Positions 40,958 to 55,630 of a stretch of 64,000 nt of DNA are shown piece by piece (positions within the stretch are counted from its first letter, which is position 1; each line of letters opens with the position of its first letter). Made by a program: the position numbers and the translations under genes. The notes beneath the pieces were generated by a model. The model worked only from the letters and a program-made list of their open reading frames with translations, ran no database searches and was not told the DNA's origin. Location of the stretch: NCBI GenBank assembly GCA_050084515.1, contig CM114271.1, positions 7,192,001-7,256,000 of the forward strand, written 5' to 3'. The DNA is from Blasia pusilla. Lineage: Eukaryota.

Positions 40958-43900
40958 CTACAGCTTGGAAGGTTTTGGGAAAATATCGGGTGTGAATTTC
41001 TGTGCAGAAGACATGCTTCCCTTGATCTTCATTTTGCCCCTGCACCCACAGTAAGCCAGAAAACGAAATGTCATGGAAATCATCCTAATGCAAGTCACAG
41101 AACCCAACGCTGCTGACCTGCACCTGTGTGTGGTGACATGACGTTATGGAAGGTGCATTTCTGTGTGGGGAAGAGTACCCAACTGCTTTCACAAAAAGAA
41201 GTGTTTCTTCTTGACAAAACATGTAGAGCTCTAAGAAGTAACCTAGCATTTACCAGTATTTGCCCCCTAATTTTCCGACAGCCATAGTTCATGTCATGTC
41301 AACATCCAGGGTAGATACTTACTATCCTGATGGATCCATACCTGATGAAAGCCATTTGAGGATTCAGTTTCCCTGTGGCAACACTCACAAAATCACTATC
41401 AACAAAAGAGAAAGTGGCATCTGGTTTCCCTTCAAAAGGTCCTGCACATTGTTCCAATGATACTCGGGTCAACTCTAGTGTATAGAAATGACTAGCCACT
41501 CACATCCATGATTGAGTTGCCAAAACCCTTGGATATGTGAAGCTATGCTAATAACTCCTCACACTGCAGACCCCACATTTACAATCAGTCAATACATTGT
41601 CATTCTGAGAAGAATTGATGCAGTGAAAATAAGACTCAGTGGGGAGGTGAATTTTGAATCCAGAGCCACATGCCGTTCTTCTATAGATGCGAGCATCACG
41701 AACTTTTATACGACAATTTAGCATCATTACTGGAGATGTCGAAGTAGTGGTAGATAGATAACCAGGAAGAGCATGAAAACTGGATTCACACCACATATAT
41801 CAAAAACAAAATATAGATTTGTGCAAGAAATAGTTATGAAGACAGGATATTGGTCAGTACGACCTTCCTCCCATGCAGTAATTCGAGCATCAAATTACCT
41901 TAAAAATACTAAAGCCAATCAAAACGCTTCATAAGCTACAGGGTTGCCTCATTCTACCCTCAATTCTAGGATTGGTTCCCAACTTTCCAGATCTACCTGT
42001 GACATAATCTTTGAGAGAGCTAGATCCCTCTAATTTATTTCCACATAGTCAACAACTATAAGAATTAGAAGTCACTCTATGTTCCAAGAAATAAATTCAG
42101 TGACTTCGGGACCGATCACCACATGTCAAACAAGAGGTGAAAGTAAGAATGATGTGGAATTCTCTGGAGATCTTAGAGCAACTTGCCTTTGTGCACCTTC
42201 AAGTTCTTCAGATCAACCACAAAGCTTTCCTCATTGAAACCGATTTTCTGCCACTCAAAAGTCCATGGGATCATCAGAGAAACACAGAATCCACTGGCTT
42301 CCTTCAAAGAAGATTTGAGGTTATCTGCTTTTATGTGACAACAATAAATTTGAGAAATAGCTACCCCCAGCTTTAACAAGTTTCTAAACAATTTCTCTGT
42401 GAGAGGAAGCCCAACCTGACTTGGTTCACTCAGAAATGACATTTATTAGGTGGTGGTTACATCTTTTCAATGTCTGGAAAAGCTAATCTTGTCATGCAGA
42501 CATAGTAAGGAGATGAATGCAACAAGGCATATTGACAATCAGGGAGAATTGTCAATAAGCTGGAACTAAGACTCACAATATACAGATCAGGGAGGATGGA
42601 ATGGAACAAGACTTTTGTGATGAAGCTGTGTAATGGAAATTGACATCATATTACTTTATCCTGATATGCATTGCAGTAATTGCCCCTCAGGGACTTGCTG
42701 AGAGAGTGGCTAGTTTGTATTTTTACAATATCTCCAACCCATATCCATTTTGAAAGCATCCTTCCACCCATGGAACTAGACCCTACAGAACTGTCTACCC
42801 AATCAAGATTTGTTCTACTGCCCTGTAGCTTACAAAAACTCAAAAACTCGAACAAACCATTCAGTTTTGACCTTCCTAACAAGAGCCCTTTAGTCGTATA
42901 GATAGTTCTGGGTTATCTCTACTCAAAAAATTTCCAGAAGTCAATCTTTGATTCAAAATTTCTAAAGATCTTGAAAGAACTCTGAAACTGTTAAAAATAT
43001 AAAAGCCCTGACGATTCTCTCTTTGAGAGTGATCAGGCTACGATAGGCACTACTTAATGAATGGTCTCTGAGTGTGATCAGTACAATGTAACATGTATCT
43101 GAGTGTGAGCAATACACTGTATGCATCACCCGCCAAAAGTCTTTTTGGGAGAATAATATGCTTTTAAATCTTTGTCTTGTGAATGATCTGAAGGAAACAG
43201 GAGAACACACTATGAGCTTCATCCTATCCCACATAAATAAAGAAAATTAGGTCTGAGGCTTAAGGACATCTTTCATGATTGCTTTTTCCTCATCAGAAAA
43301 ACTTTCTTTGCTTCTTTGAAGCAGACTTCAATGAAATGTACAAGTAAGTGACCTCATATGTTGGCATAGCAGTACAACAATAGTATAACACATATAGTAA
43401 GATTCTAACAGGGATACTGCATGATGGTTCAATAGTTGATCCACCCTCAAAAGACCTTTCACTGGTTGTGCAGCAGTAGGAGAATCCACTTGTAAACTTC
43501 AAGGGAATGTTTTCGAACCATTTTCCAGGAGAATTCTATTCAAAACATTGCAGCCACCTCACTGATAGACTCGGAATGCACAGGTTTGCAGAGCTTTGAA
43601 AGGACTACACAATGAGTTGGCTCAACTCAAGATCGTACTCTGAGAAGGTATCCACCTGGCATTCCCTGGTCCTCAAGAGTTTCAGAACTCACCAAGACCG
43701 GCAGAGAAGAGAGCATTTCTTTTCAAATTCCAGCAATTAAACAAATCAAAGCCCTTCGCATCAACTTGTAGAATTTTCAAAGACCCACTCAATTCAATAG
43801 GATACTAGTCAACCTGTTTTTGGATGTCTAGTGTACAATTGAGAATTTGAACTTAACCCCTTCTTTGAAATCATCTTCTGCACGGACCAGTCAAATTTAA

Positions 43901-46179
43901 TGTTTGTAAACTTAACTGTTGCTCCTAATCCTACTGTTCCCATCCTAAGCCTACACCAGCAACACAGTGTTGGCTACCCTTATGGTGAGGGACTTTGATC
44001 TTCAACAATTCAATCCCACTGTCTTGAACGTGTGGAAGAACCAAGGTTTACAGAAATTTTGGAATGAAAAACTTTGAAAAAAGTTCAGGATTCTTTTTTT
44101 TGCAATGGCCACATGGGGAACAAAAGATTGTCGTGTCAATAACAAATCACCGAATAAAATTTTTTGAAATAGAAAGTGCAACCTTCAACCAAACAAAAAG
44201 TTTGAAAGGGGAAGTTCAAACTTTCAGCCATAGAATATCTGAAAGCCTCTCTCTCACCATTGAACAACGGAAGTCACAAAGGCATATCCTCAAACTGAAA
44301 TTTGTTTTGGGCCATATCCTCAAGTAACATGTGTTTCTAGCAATTAGGAGCAAAACTATAGACAGGAAAAGTTCTGACCTCAAGTTGACTTTGGGTGACT
44401 CTCAAAGATCACCAGCCATTTTTTTCAATCTCTAACAGGCCAGCTAAAATCTATTTGCTGCGCATTAACATATAAAGATGTCCACCTCAGCTATCCTGGC
44501 TTTCTTTCTTCTAACCAGTGTGCAGTGGATTATATTTGCTACAGAGAAAGCAAATATAGATTATTTACCCTCAACACAGAAGGCTGCTGGTTCCAAGATG
44601 ACCTACTAGATTAAAACACACTTATGGCTCTGCTATGTTCACAGATAGAAAGCTCATTTAGAAGCCAAGGAATATACTCAGACCTAAAGGGTTGATTACA
44701 CCCAAACCATTGCTCCTTGTTGTGAGACCTTAGTCAATCACATTGACCTTGGCTGAAGTAGCCAAATCTGATCAGGAGGTTCATGAGCTTGATGTGAAGA
44801 AAAAACTCCGTAATGGTGATCTAGCTGACGAGAAAAGTCAGCAGCCTAGAAAATACTTGAAGATTTGTATGCGGCATAAATGTAGCTCTTACAGCTTGAA
44901 GGCATGTGACCGGCACTTGTCCATGGATCCAAGCCTGAGGAACAGGACAAACCGTCATGTTGTTGTGCTAATGTCCCAACCGACAAGGTTGTGAGTCACA
45001 ACACTCATCTGTTCACACTAATCCCTAACCGTAATTGGTTGAATAAGAACCCAGTTACCGGAGGCATACTACCCAATGACCAGAAACACCCATATTCTCT
45101 GAACAGTCCTAACTTCTCCACTTAGCTAGGAGTAATTTTAACAGGGGGGATCCGGGAGTATCTCCGTGAATGTATAGCAGAGATCATGATCGTACAACAT
45201 AAATCTGTAATTGAGGATCTATGTCCATTCTACGCCTAATGAATTTACATCTGCTCTTGATCTGTAGAGTCTACACCTAGCAGAACTAAAAAATAGGAAG
45301 TAACAACTTGGTCTAAGGGGTAGCTGTGAACATGAGGAGCACTGATCACACTCAATTTACTGGAAGCTACCATGAGAAGTAGATCGAAGTGTCAGTTAAG
45401 TAAGGTCTTTGGCATGCACTAGACCTCTGAGACTGGAGGAGTATGGTGCGGTTGAAGTGGACACAGAGGATAGAGCAGGAGCCAGGTCAAGAGTTCACAC
45501 TGAGCAAGAAAGGGGGTTATGCAATGATGTTCATATCTAAGCTGATCCAATCCGATGTCATCGTTTCCCTAAAGATAGCAAAGAGTGAGTGAACGGGAAT
45601 CTGGTAAATGCAATGAATACATATACTAGCTTTTCTAGAGCGTATTCCCCATCATTCCAGATGATCTGTATAGAACCAATTGGGATAAACAACCAGTACT
45701 TGAGCTCGAAAACGTTCACCACACACCCCATAACTCCTGTAAACAATTCAATGTAGCTGGAACAATCTTTTAAAAGCCTCCATAGTTTCTCCCATACGAT
45801 GACTAAAAACGAATACCACCAGGGTCGGGAGCCCCTTCGTCACTTTCTGCACTTCCAAACTTGTTGATTCTACAAAAGAGGAAATCATTGTCCGAATTGT
45901 TCATGTAGACCTGGACAATTGTGGGAATTAAGCCCGACACGGCGTAAGAAATGGCTGAAAATTCTCCAAGGTCGCTCCTTGGCCAAATTGCAGGACATAA
46001 ACAACGCTAGTACGAGGAAGATAACTCACCTTGGGAGCAACGTTGATGACGTACACGAGGCCAATTTTCTCCTTCAGCTTTTTTCCTTCCTCAGTTGTTA
46101 AGTGACCCCGCATCAGATCCAGCAGCGCTGCCGACTTCAGAGTGGAACTCTTGCTGAAAGCTTCCTCCTTGTCCGCCAT
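40958..46179 (-). CDS. SCP2: Sterol carrier protein 2 (peroxisomal), 130 aa, 4 coding exons
   Basis: Exons 46179-46030, 42247-42187, 41441-41342 and 41039-40958 splice in frame: MADKEEAFSKSSTLKSAALLDLMRGHLTTEEGKKLKEKIGLVYVINVAPK/KIGFNEESFVVDLKNLKVHKG/PFEGKPDATFSFVDSDFVSVATGKLNPQMAFIR/GKMKIKGSMSSAQKFTPDIFPKPSKL. Matches the plant SCP2 sequence pattern; PTS1 SKL; intron 2 donor is GC. Confidence 0.95.
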
Positions 46180-47717
46180 GATTTCCTTTCCTATATGCCC
46201 TCCTCCTCCCTCCTCTAACCGATGACGCGAATTCCGACCAGTCCAAATTACAACAAACGTCGGTCCCGCAAAACAACCGCAATTGCAAACGGCAAGGTAT
46301 CTCAGTCCCACAGCTGCAACGAACGGCGTCTCTCTTTCACTGTAGGAAGACGAGCACCGACGAGAAATAAGAAGTCGAATGTCTAAGCTTGTGCGCGTGC
46401 ACGTGCGAGCCGTGATAACTCCTTGAACGTGTCGAGCCCAGTGCGCCAGATATTAATGGGCACGAAATTGGCTCAGGAATCTGTGGTGAGCACCGAATGA
46501 TCACAAACCGGAGGAATTTTCTTCGGCAGTGGATCCAAAAAAAAAAAAATAGACGGGAAGAGAGGAATCGCGCGACTGTCTTACTCTCTCAATCACGATT
46601 TCTCGTGTGACCTCTCTCTCTCCAGTATATCATGTATCACCTGCGCCTTGTCTTTTTGTGAAGCCGGGAACCGGAGTTTTTAATCCGCTCTCCTTTCGAT
46701 ACAAGAGCAATTGATGCTATCTCTTTAAGCCTAAGAATGCCCGTATTAGTCGGCATACCCTCTCACTTTGAGAAAGCCTCGATCCAACCCATAGTTGTCT
46801 TAAGTAATTCTTTTTTCATTTCCTTTTCTTTTCGTTCTATGATTAGAGTTAAATGAAAAAGGCATATCCATTTTATCATAAAGTAAACTTCAAAAGAGGA
46901 CAAAGAAAGGTAATAACATCTAAAAAGAGGAGTCAATTAATGGAATATAAAAAGAAAATGACAAACATCGACTCAATGAGCTACACGATTGATAGTTTGA
47001 AACAAATCTGACAAGAGCACGAGTGGTTGGACAAACGTCTAATTTTTTTCTCCACATAAGAGTTTGCCTTCCTTACACCATTGGATCGAGCGTCCCTTCT
47101 CTCCTCTACCAAGAGCTTCTTTTACCATGCACCAATGGATATGGATCCCTTGAGATCGATGTCCCTTCTCCCGTCCGTCGGAGAGTCATAAACTATAGCT
47201 CTCTACACCCTCTTCCATAGCGGACAACCTTTATGAAAACTTACTTTGCTTAAGAGTATCATATAGTGGTGTTACATGTAGTGGCCCTTGGTCTAGCTTA
47301 GGGCATACCTTTTCAACATGTCCATGAGACCACCTTGTTCAAGGACATATGTGCGTATGTTACCTTCCTAGAGCATGGGGGGATTGAAGAGGGGTGTGAC
47401 CAAGGTGAGGTTTGGAGAGACTTTCAAGGGCAAGATGCTATCAATGGTGGATTAGATTTGGATCCTTTGAAGTTGAAGGTGGTTTGGCTCCAATTTTTAT
47501 TAGATGTTTCTCACTTATGTCCACAAACACAAGTGTACCACAACTCGCCCCCCTAACTGGCGGTTAGGTCCCTCTAACTCCCAGGTAGCCCTATACATCT
47601 ACTACATGCTATACACCTTCTTGGGTGCACGAATCAGAAGGCCGGGTGCTAGGTTGCCCCATCATTAGTCGCCTATCTGTAATCCATATCATGAAAAGAT
47701 CAAGTCATCTACCTCTC

Positions 47718-47860
47718 CTAAGTATATCGAGGACAAACCCACCTTCCAATAGGAACAACATCCATACGTGGAGTCAAACACATCATGTGCCAACCCCTAG
47801 AACACCGATCACACACCAACATACGGGTTGCGTTACCAGCAGACCCACACAACATGCAGC
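47718..47860 (-). pseudogene. PHD finger at the integrase C-terminus
   Basis: CMLCGSAGNATRMLVCDRCSRGWHMMCLTPRMDVVPIGRWVCPRY: C4HC3 pattern with last Cys as Tyr; same ORF as the integrase C-terminal region. Confidence 0.85.
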
Positions 47861-50844
47861 TCAAGCTAGCACGTATCATGGCTAAGCTTGGGTCAATAGC
47901 ACCATCTACATTTGGAAGATGACATGACGCACAATTACGCACATGGTCCTTCCAAACAACTCCATCACGACCCTCCAACATGAGAACTCCAGAAGCTAAC
48001 ATCTCGCGCACTCGTAAAATAGTGCGGCCTGCCGTCACATCTAACGTTGTTGGTGCAATCTGCTGCAAATAGACATAGTCCCCCACATGGAACCTATGAA
48101 TCGATGGTCGATAACCTCCACCCCGAATGGTTGCATACCGCAACGTATCCCTGTGTTGAGCAATGGCAAGGTTCTCAAAGGTTGTTAGCATAACTCTCCG
48201 AAAGAGCTCTGCCCGCTGAGAACACACTCTCATCCACATCTCTGGGTTATCAAGGTTCACCACCTCACTAGACTCCCGACGAATTACTGCTGGCAAGTCT
48301 GGATCTTGGCCGTATAACAGAAAATAAGGTGAGAAGGAAGCCAAGGATGCTTGGCGATCGAACCTATACCCCATGGCTAACCATGGCAATCGAATATCCG
48401 GTCTCCAAGATGCCCTTCAGAGGGCCACACTTGCCCAATGCCCTCTTCACCGTCTGAACCACATGCTCAGCCAAACCATCCGCCTCTGGATGATCTCGAG
48501 ACATGGTCTGATGATCAATCAACGCCTTGTCACACAAGACCTAAAACTCACCCTGAAACTCTGTACCTTGGTCGGTCAGCACTTCAGCTGGTGCACCAAA
48601 ATGACTAAACACTCTATTAAGAAACGCATACGCCCTTCCCTCACTTGCCTTATCAGGTAATGCCACCAACTCAATCCACTTGGAGAAGTGCTCCACCATC
48701 GCCAACACATATCGATGATGTCGTACACTCAACGGTAACGGTCCCGCAAAGTCCACACTCCAAAGGTAACCCAACCCCATAATAGGCAAGGGGTGTAACT
48801 GTGGTGCAGTTTAGGGTTGAATGATGCCCTCACCCGGTCACAAACCATACAACGTGACACCAACTGCTGCACCTGAGTATGCATGCCACGCCACGAATAC
48901 TGACCAAGGAGTAAGCTATATGTACGCTTTACCCCAAAATGTCCCAACTCCTCATGGGCATGTCGCACAATGCCCTCTCTCTGAGCCAAATGCCGCACTA
49001 CTCGTACTCTACCATCCTCCCACACACGTAGAATATGTGTTCCCTCCAATCGATACCTCTTAGCACGTTGAAGAACACGGTCTCGCTCCTTGGCACTCAC
49101 TATGCTTGGCACCCTACTGGTCCGTAGGAACTCCAACACCAACGCATCATCATGAATATCACGTTGATCCGTACCACCATCTCCAACCTTAGTATCTGAA
49201 GGCTCGCCATCTACCCTCTGACTAGAGTAAGATGTCATGTGGTCCTCCATACTAGAGTCCACCCCTAACCAACATAAAAAGGCGGATGCATGCCAACCTG
49301 TCACCATCTCTTCATCAACCTCGCCATGCCATCTAGCCCCAGTTGCATCCTCTTCGCTAGTATATGGGTTCCTACTCAACCCATCAGCATCAAGGTTGGC
49401 AACTCCAGGTCTATGTACCATCCGGAAGTCATACTCCTGTAAGATAAGAGCCCACCGTGCAAGCTTCCCTGGAAGCTTGTCAGACTCCATCAACCACTTG
49501 AGCGGCTGGTGATCAGTAACAAGGGTAAATTGTATGCCAAACAAGTAACACCTAAAGTGTGCCACAGCCCACACTATTGCCAAGCACTCTCCCTCATATG
49601 AGTGCTTGGCAATAGTGCGACTCCGCTGCATTATTCGAACGACTTGCATAGGCCACCACAAACTCCATGTGCTCATCATCATGTTGTGTCAACACCGCTC
49701 CAAGTCCTAACCTACTCCAATCAGTGTGTAATTGAAATGGGCGCCCTCTGATAGGTCTCCTCAAGATAGGCGCCGCCACCAACTGGGCCTTGAGCTCCAC
49801 AAAAGCTCTCTCTTGATCATCTCCCCAGTGCCACTCTTGATCTGATTTCAGCAATTGGTTCAAAGGCTTTGCCATAGCACTAAATCCCTTCACATACCTC
49901 CGATAGTAGTTCGTCAATCCCATGAATGCCCGGACTCTACTCACATCTACCAGATGCGGAATAAGTGCAATAGCCTCCACCTTTGCTTGCTGAACTCCCA
50001 AACCAACTGGATAGATCACATGATCCAAGTACTCAACATCCTCATGGAAGAACTTACACTTTCTTGGATGCAAACGTAGACCATGAGCTTTCAACTGCTC
50101 AAACACAATCTGCAAATGTATCTGATGCTCCTCCACCGTGTTACTGAACACCAAGATATCATCAATGTAACACCGAACAAAATCCAACCCTGCTAGGATC
50201 CTGTCCATCACTCTCTAACACTCGGTAGGTACATTCTTCAACCCAAAGGGTAAGAATTTCCACTGGTACAAACAATCCTTGCCATGAGAGTTGACACCCC
50301 AAAATATTGTCTTGGCCTTGTCACTCTCCCGAATCGGCAATTGATGGTATCCTGCCTGAAGATCCAAAGTACTGAAAATCTTTGCCTGTCCCACCACATC
50401 AAAGATCTCCTCAAGTGTAGGCATGGCATACCTATCGGCCTTGGTTTGCCGATTGATAGGACGGTAATCTCCACACATCCGCCTATCCGTGTAGTTGCCA
50501 TGCATATCCTTTTTAGCAGGCATGACAGTGGCTGATGCATACTCTCTATGCGACAACTCCACTAATCCATCCTCCAAAAGGTCCAACGTCCTACTCCGAA
50601 TCAGGTCCCTCTCCATATCACTATATTGGTAGGGATGATGGAAGATTGGGGTATCACTAGCCAAATCAATCCGTATACCGGGTCCAACCAGAGCACCCAA
50701 CTCCTTCATGCTAAAGGCAAAACAACTCCTATAAGCACGTAGGAACTGTGTGAAGCGTCGTTTCTCACCTCCCGTAAGCTTGGGCCCAAGTAATGGCTCC
50801 CAAGTCTCCTTCACTGGCACACTAGAGGGAGAGGGCGATGCCAT
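47861..50844 (-). pseudogene. Gypsy pol: RT, RNase H, integrase (frameshifted/stopped)
   Basis: ORFs 50215-50844, 49594-50211, 48729-49682, 48541-48789 and 47718-48389 carry RT, RNase H, HHCC and DDE motifs. Confidence 0.92.
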
Positions 50845-51069
50845 TGGTCGCTCATAACCCCCTCACAAGATGGTACACCCTTAGCTACACCATCATCTCG
50901 AGCAAATAACTCCTCCACCAAAGATGAGCAACCAACTCCACATGCCCAGCCATTACATCCCATCTACTCCAAGGATGCAAAATACTACTCTTCTCGCCCC
51001 CAGCCGATGCCTCTACCGTCCCGGTAGCCATCGAGCTCATTACAAGGGGTGGAAGACCCACAGACATAG

Positions 51070-52050
51070 TCCGAAGTCGGCGCTGCTCGGCCATACCAAG
51101 ACTCAAAATCCAAGTCAAATAATTCAGGTCCATGGACTGACCCAACACATGACGTCGTGAAGCCTCGAAATAGAAGCAACATTTGTCACACCAAGAGCAA
51201 ATCCCATCGCAGCTCTCTCTTATCAGCGTTAGGCTCCACCAACTGTCGCACATGAGAATCCCATACAAGCCCCTGACCACCTTCCCTGTAGGCATGTGAC
51301 GAGGGAAAACTCACAAATGTGGGTAGTGCCATCCTAGGCTGGCCCACACGGTTCACCACTGCCATGGGTGACCGATCAATAACCCTCACCACTTGGGAAA
51401 GTCGCCCAAAGATTCAAGATACTATCCACTTTGTCAAAGCGAGGATCCCGCAGACCGCATCATATGCTCGACGAGAACCTCCCTAGGCAACAAGTTTATC
51501 CACCACAAGCATGGACGATGTGCACGCGAGCCAACTCGCGCTGCATCCAACAACACCGCTGGTCCAATCCAAGAGCGCACCTCATGAACATTCGCCATCA
51601 TCTGGGTTCGAGTGTCACCCAACAATAGAATATTCTCCAAAATGTAAGCTGGAGCACGTGCCTGATGAACATGAAGATATCGTAACACCCGTAACATCTC
51701 CCAAAACAATCGAGACCTAGGGTCGTGTTATCCCTCACCACGACCAACACGTGTATGACCCTGACATAGCCATCCAGCAATCACCAAATCCACAGGACCA
51801 ACCCTCTCAAGGTCGTGCGCCGCCAACAATGCAATGTGTGACGGCAAAGCACGCTGGCACCCACGAATAGCTGATGGTGGCAAAAACTCAGGATATCTCC
51901 GCATCAACTGACCAATATATCGAGATGAGACTCTCTGGGCTGTCTCATCTTGCTCCACATACACGTATCTCTGCACAGGAATACCGGCCTGCAACACTGC
52001 AGCCAAACCAGTCCTAATCCCACCAAAGAGATCTAATACACACATGCCCT
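51070..52050 (-). pseudogene. Cytosine-5 DNA methyltransferase catalytic domain (DNMT3/DRM-like) inside the retrotransposon
   Basis: Motif I VLDLFGG (~52017-52045); II YVYVE; IV DLVIAGWLCQG (CTA one transition from Pro CCA); V *HDPRSRLFWE; VI YILENI; VIII SRAHRPCLWWINL; IX EPNADKRE/AMGF; X RRHVLGQSMDLN. Canonical, non-permuted order. Confidence 0.88.
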
Positions 52051-54612
52051 CCGGTGAATACTGCCATACAATGGGTGTAGTATCCAAAGGGGATAACCCA
52101 ACTGGACCAGAAGTAGGAGTCCGCTGTGGGGCCTCCCCTTCCTCGTGAGGTATAACAGCCTCACACCAAGCCTCCTGCACTAGGCGATCAGCCTCCTGCC
52201 GTAGTGCACCGCCTGAACTCCAAAGTGGCACATCCAACGATGAGGATGCCACTGCTGCAAAACTAGGGACCTCCTCTTCCTCCTCATGCACAAGAGAATC
52301 CATAGCAGAAACATTACCCTCCAAAAAGTCTCTTGGCCAAGTGACTACTCCACTAAAACCAGCCACAGATGCTAACACCGTTGGGGAAGACCCTCCTGGT
52401 CGAGCCCCATAGATAAATCTCACAGGAACTTGGCTCATACGTCCATCCTATAAGACGCTGTCTCTGTCCAGTAATCCATCTGAAAACCCATTGGGTACAA
52501 TATTGCTCCTCCAACTAGTACATCATACGACTCGGCTGATGTGACCACTGCAGGTACTCCCAAGCGGGAGCTATCAGTCGCATGATCTGGTCTCAACTGT
52601 GCAGAGAACTTCTCCCGTGTCATGAATTAAGACCTATCATTGGCTCCTCCAAGTGATGTTTGAATCTGGAATGGGCAAGGCTCAAGCTTTGACCTCCGAA
52701 TACCCAAACCAATACATGCCGCCTTTTCCAACATCAAAGGTTGGGCACCAGAGTTTAACAAGATTCTATCTGGTCTATACACCTGTCTTGTAGGACTCAC
52801 CAATCGGAATATCCCACTCCGGTTGTCCAACATAAATACACCAGGTGTAAGCCTCTCACGATCAATGGCTGGCCAGGCTGGTAATGCATCCATCTTCGCC
52901 GCTACTGCCTGCCAAGTAGCATTGGTACTCAATGCTACACCTGATATAGAGGGTCGTTCCACCGCAACACCCTCATCCACCTCAGCACGTGTAGCAATAA
53001 CACTCCCACGTTCACACAACGTGGCTGCTAGCTGAAATACAGGAGCTAAGTCAACTCCTAAAGCCATCAGCTCCGTGGCCGAAAAAAATGGGGATCCCAA
53101 CACTGAAGTTGCCATCCGCAATACTGCACTGGATGTTGCATCCGTGTCTACTACACGCGATATAGATGCCTTAGTCCCCACTGTCGGCTCAATAGGCTGT
53201 GTAGGAATCATGGATGGAGTCCTAAGCACCTCAAACAACAAGAATGACTGGGGAAGCCTAGCTTGCCTCCCAGCCTCACCCCTCTATGGGTCCAACTCCA
53301 CAGTAGCACCACGTGGCTCTGACGCTCGAGTGGCTCCTCTCGTAACTATAGCTGATGCCTCAACCTGTGCTGCACTCGCCATATAAGAGAGATCATCCCC
53401 TCCATAAGAGGTGGAAGCCCCTGCTCCCGAACCTGATCTATGTTGGATACCAGCCATAGTAGCCAACTCTCGCCTCCAATCTGCTCAATCCCGGCGACCA
53501 TAGTCGACTGTCGAGTGGTAGGGGTAGCCAACATAGGCTCTCCAACCACGGGTCCACCTCTACCACCTCTACCATCTCGGCCTCTTGGAGCTACTCCACC
53601 ACGGCCGCGGCCTGATCTCAACTCTGGATGAAGATCAAAGCAACGCTCTCGAGGATGACCTAGTCTCCCGCAATGATCACACTGAGTTGGGGCTGACTGA
53701 GGCCCATCCTCCAAAGTCCGTCTCCCATCCTCTTGGGGAAAAAACTTCCTAACATGATCACCTCCACATGTCCAACATGACTGTCCTTGCTGCGGGGCAG
53801 CAAATTAAGGCAATGGTCTCTACGCAAGTGTCCCTCTAGGACCTGACTGAAGTTGTGTGTACCCCCACGACTCCCACTACTACTACCACCACCACTACTA
53901 CGAGACGGTGAGGTGGGTTGTTGAACACGAGAAGTAGTAGTTATATCCCTAGTGAATGCAGATGTCACCACTCTCTACTTCACCATGTTAAGCTCAATCT
54001 TCTCAGATAGAGCAAACACATGGGTCAATGTGGGTGAATCATCACTCATAAGAGTAGCATCACGTACCCTGCGGCGCAACTCTCTGTCCAAGATCCCATA
54101 CCAAAACTGGATTGCCTGAGCCTCAGTCACACCCTGGGTAATTGAAATCAAGTGTTGCATATGAGTGTTTGCCCTCACAAAGACTCTCACCAGTCTTTCG
54201 CTCAAATTCCTGAAGACTCCTGAACTTCTCTGTCTTCACTCCCTGATAGTTCTTCTTCAACCTCTTGAAGAACTCTACAACCGGGTTGAACGATGGTGGG
54301 GCACTTGTACCTCCACTAGTACCCCCACTGGTACCTCCATGGGTACCCTCCACTGGTACCCCCACTCCGGCTCATACTTATACCACTCAACGTCGGGCTA
54401 GCTGGCATAGTAGGAGCACTACTACCAATACCACCATGGGTGATAGACACATAGCCTGGAGACCAATATTGTCTCCACGCCTCAATCTCAGCAACATGGT
54501 CCTTCCTAAACTCATGGTAATAATCCATGGGTGGTCCCTCTAAGTGCTGAAACAACCCCTTCCAAGCCAAGAAGGGTGTAAACAACGTGGCGTTCCGCAA
54601 CATCTGCATATC

Positions 54613-55630
54613 TCTCGTGCGCCTACTCTCCTTGAATGTTAATCTTGTTTGTTGCGGAAGCGTGCGTTCAGTAGGTCACGCTCTCAACACTGATCTGCAT
54701 CCAAACACGCACTTTGGTTAGTCGGGTCTTGGATCAATCAGCGGGATTACTTTCCGAGTTCTCGTCTCGGACTCTCATCAAACTCAACCTTCCTAGTTTC
54801 GCGGTTTACAACACGGGCAAATCTCGAAAGACTTGGGACAGACTTTCTGGTCGGTTCAGGAACCTGATACGGCGTTTCGCGCCTAGCGGTTCCAACTGTC
54901 CAATGGACATCCAATGAGTTCCTCATCAAGACTCGCACGAAGTGAATCTCGAGTTGGAATCCAAGTGTGGCGTACAAAGTCCACTCCCTTGGATCAAGTT
55001 TGGGTTTCGAATTCCCACGCCAAACTCCCGTTCCATTCCGTGCCTCTGAAACGCCGTTTGGCGCCCAAAGTGGGGATTCGTTTCCCGAGACATCTCGGAG
55101 AGAGTCCTCCCTTACTAGTACTTCTGGGGATCTCCGGGGGCCCCCTACATTTAGGGAAAGACATCCGGGCCTCTCTAATTGGCCCTCAACCCGATTGCTC
55201 TCTCAATTGTTTTTGGCCAATATCTCAGCCTGTACTTATGCGTTTGCTGAGATCTTTGATGCGTCGGAAGCGTCTCAAAATCAGCTTTCCAACGCGCCCT
55301 TACTTGTTCCAAATGCATCTTGGAGCTCAACGTTATGGTCCTAAACACAGTCAGATTCTCCCAAACGCTAGTCGTGTTCCAAATTGGTTCTCACCTCTTT
55401 GGCAACCAACCTCCCAAAACTCAACTCATCTCAAGTCTTGGCTCGCGTTTGGTCTAGGTTTCCTGATGGCGACCACTGATGCATGAAACACACAACTCTG
55501 TTCCGCGTTTCTTCTCTTAGACTTTTCCAAACGCCTCTCCAAAGCGCAAACCTCGCAGCGTGAGTTCCTTTGAGTGCTGATGTTTCGCTTGACGCCTATT
55601 TGGTTTTGTTTGGCTATGAGGGTCGCGAAA
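54613..55630. mobile_element. 1018-bp insertion in gag, probably a solo LTR
   Basis: Exact 5-bp TSD ATATC (54608-54612, 55631-55635). Removal restores gag ...DTWCD-MQMLRN.... Short terminal inverted repeat TCTCGTG...CGCGAAA; no recognisable coding domain. Confidence 0.8.

Noticed and set aside
51070-52050. Host DRM/DNMT3 gene or bacterial restriction-modification methylase
   Set aside because: No apparent introns, embedded between gypsy protease and RT on the same strand, decayed like the rest of the element; no cognate nuclease.
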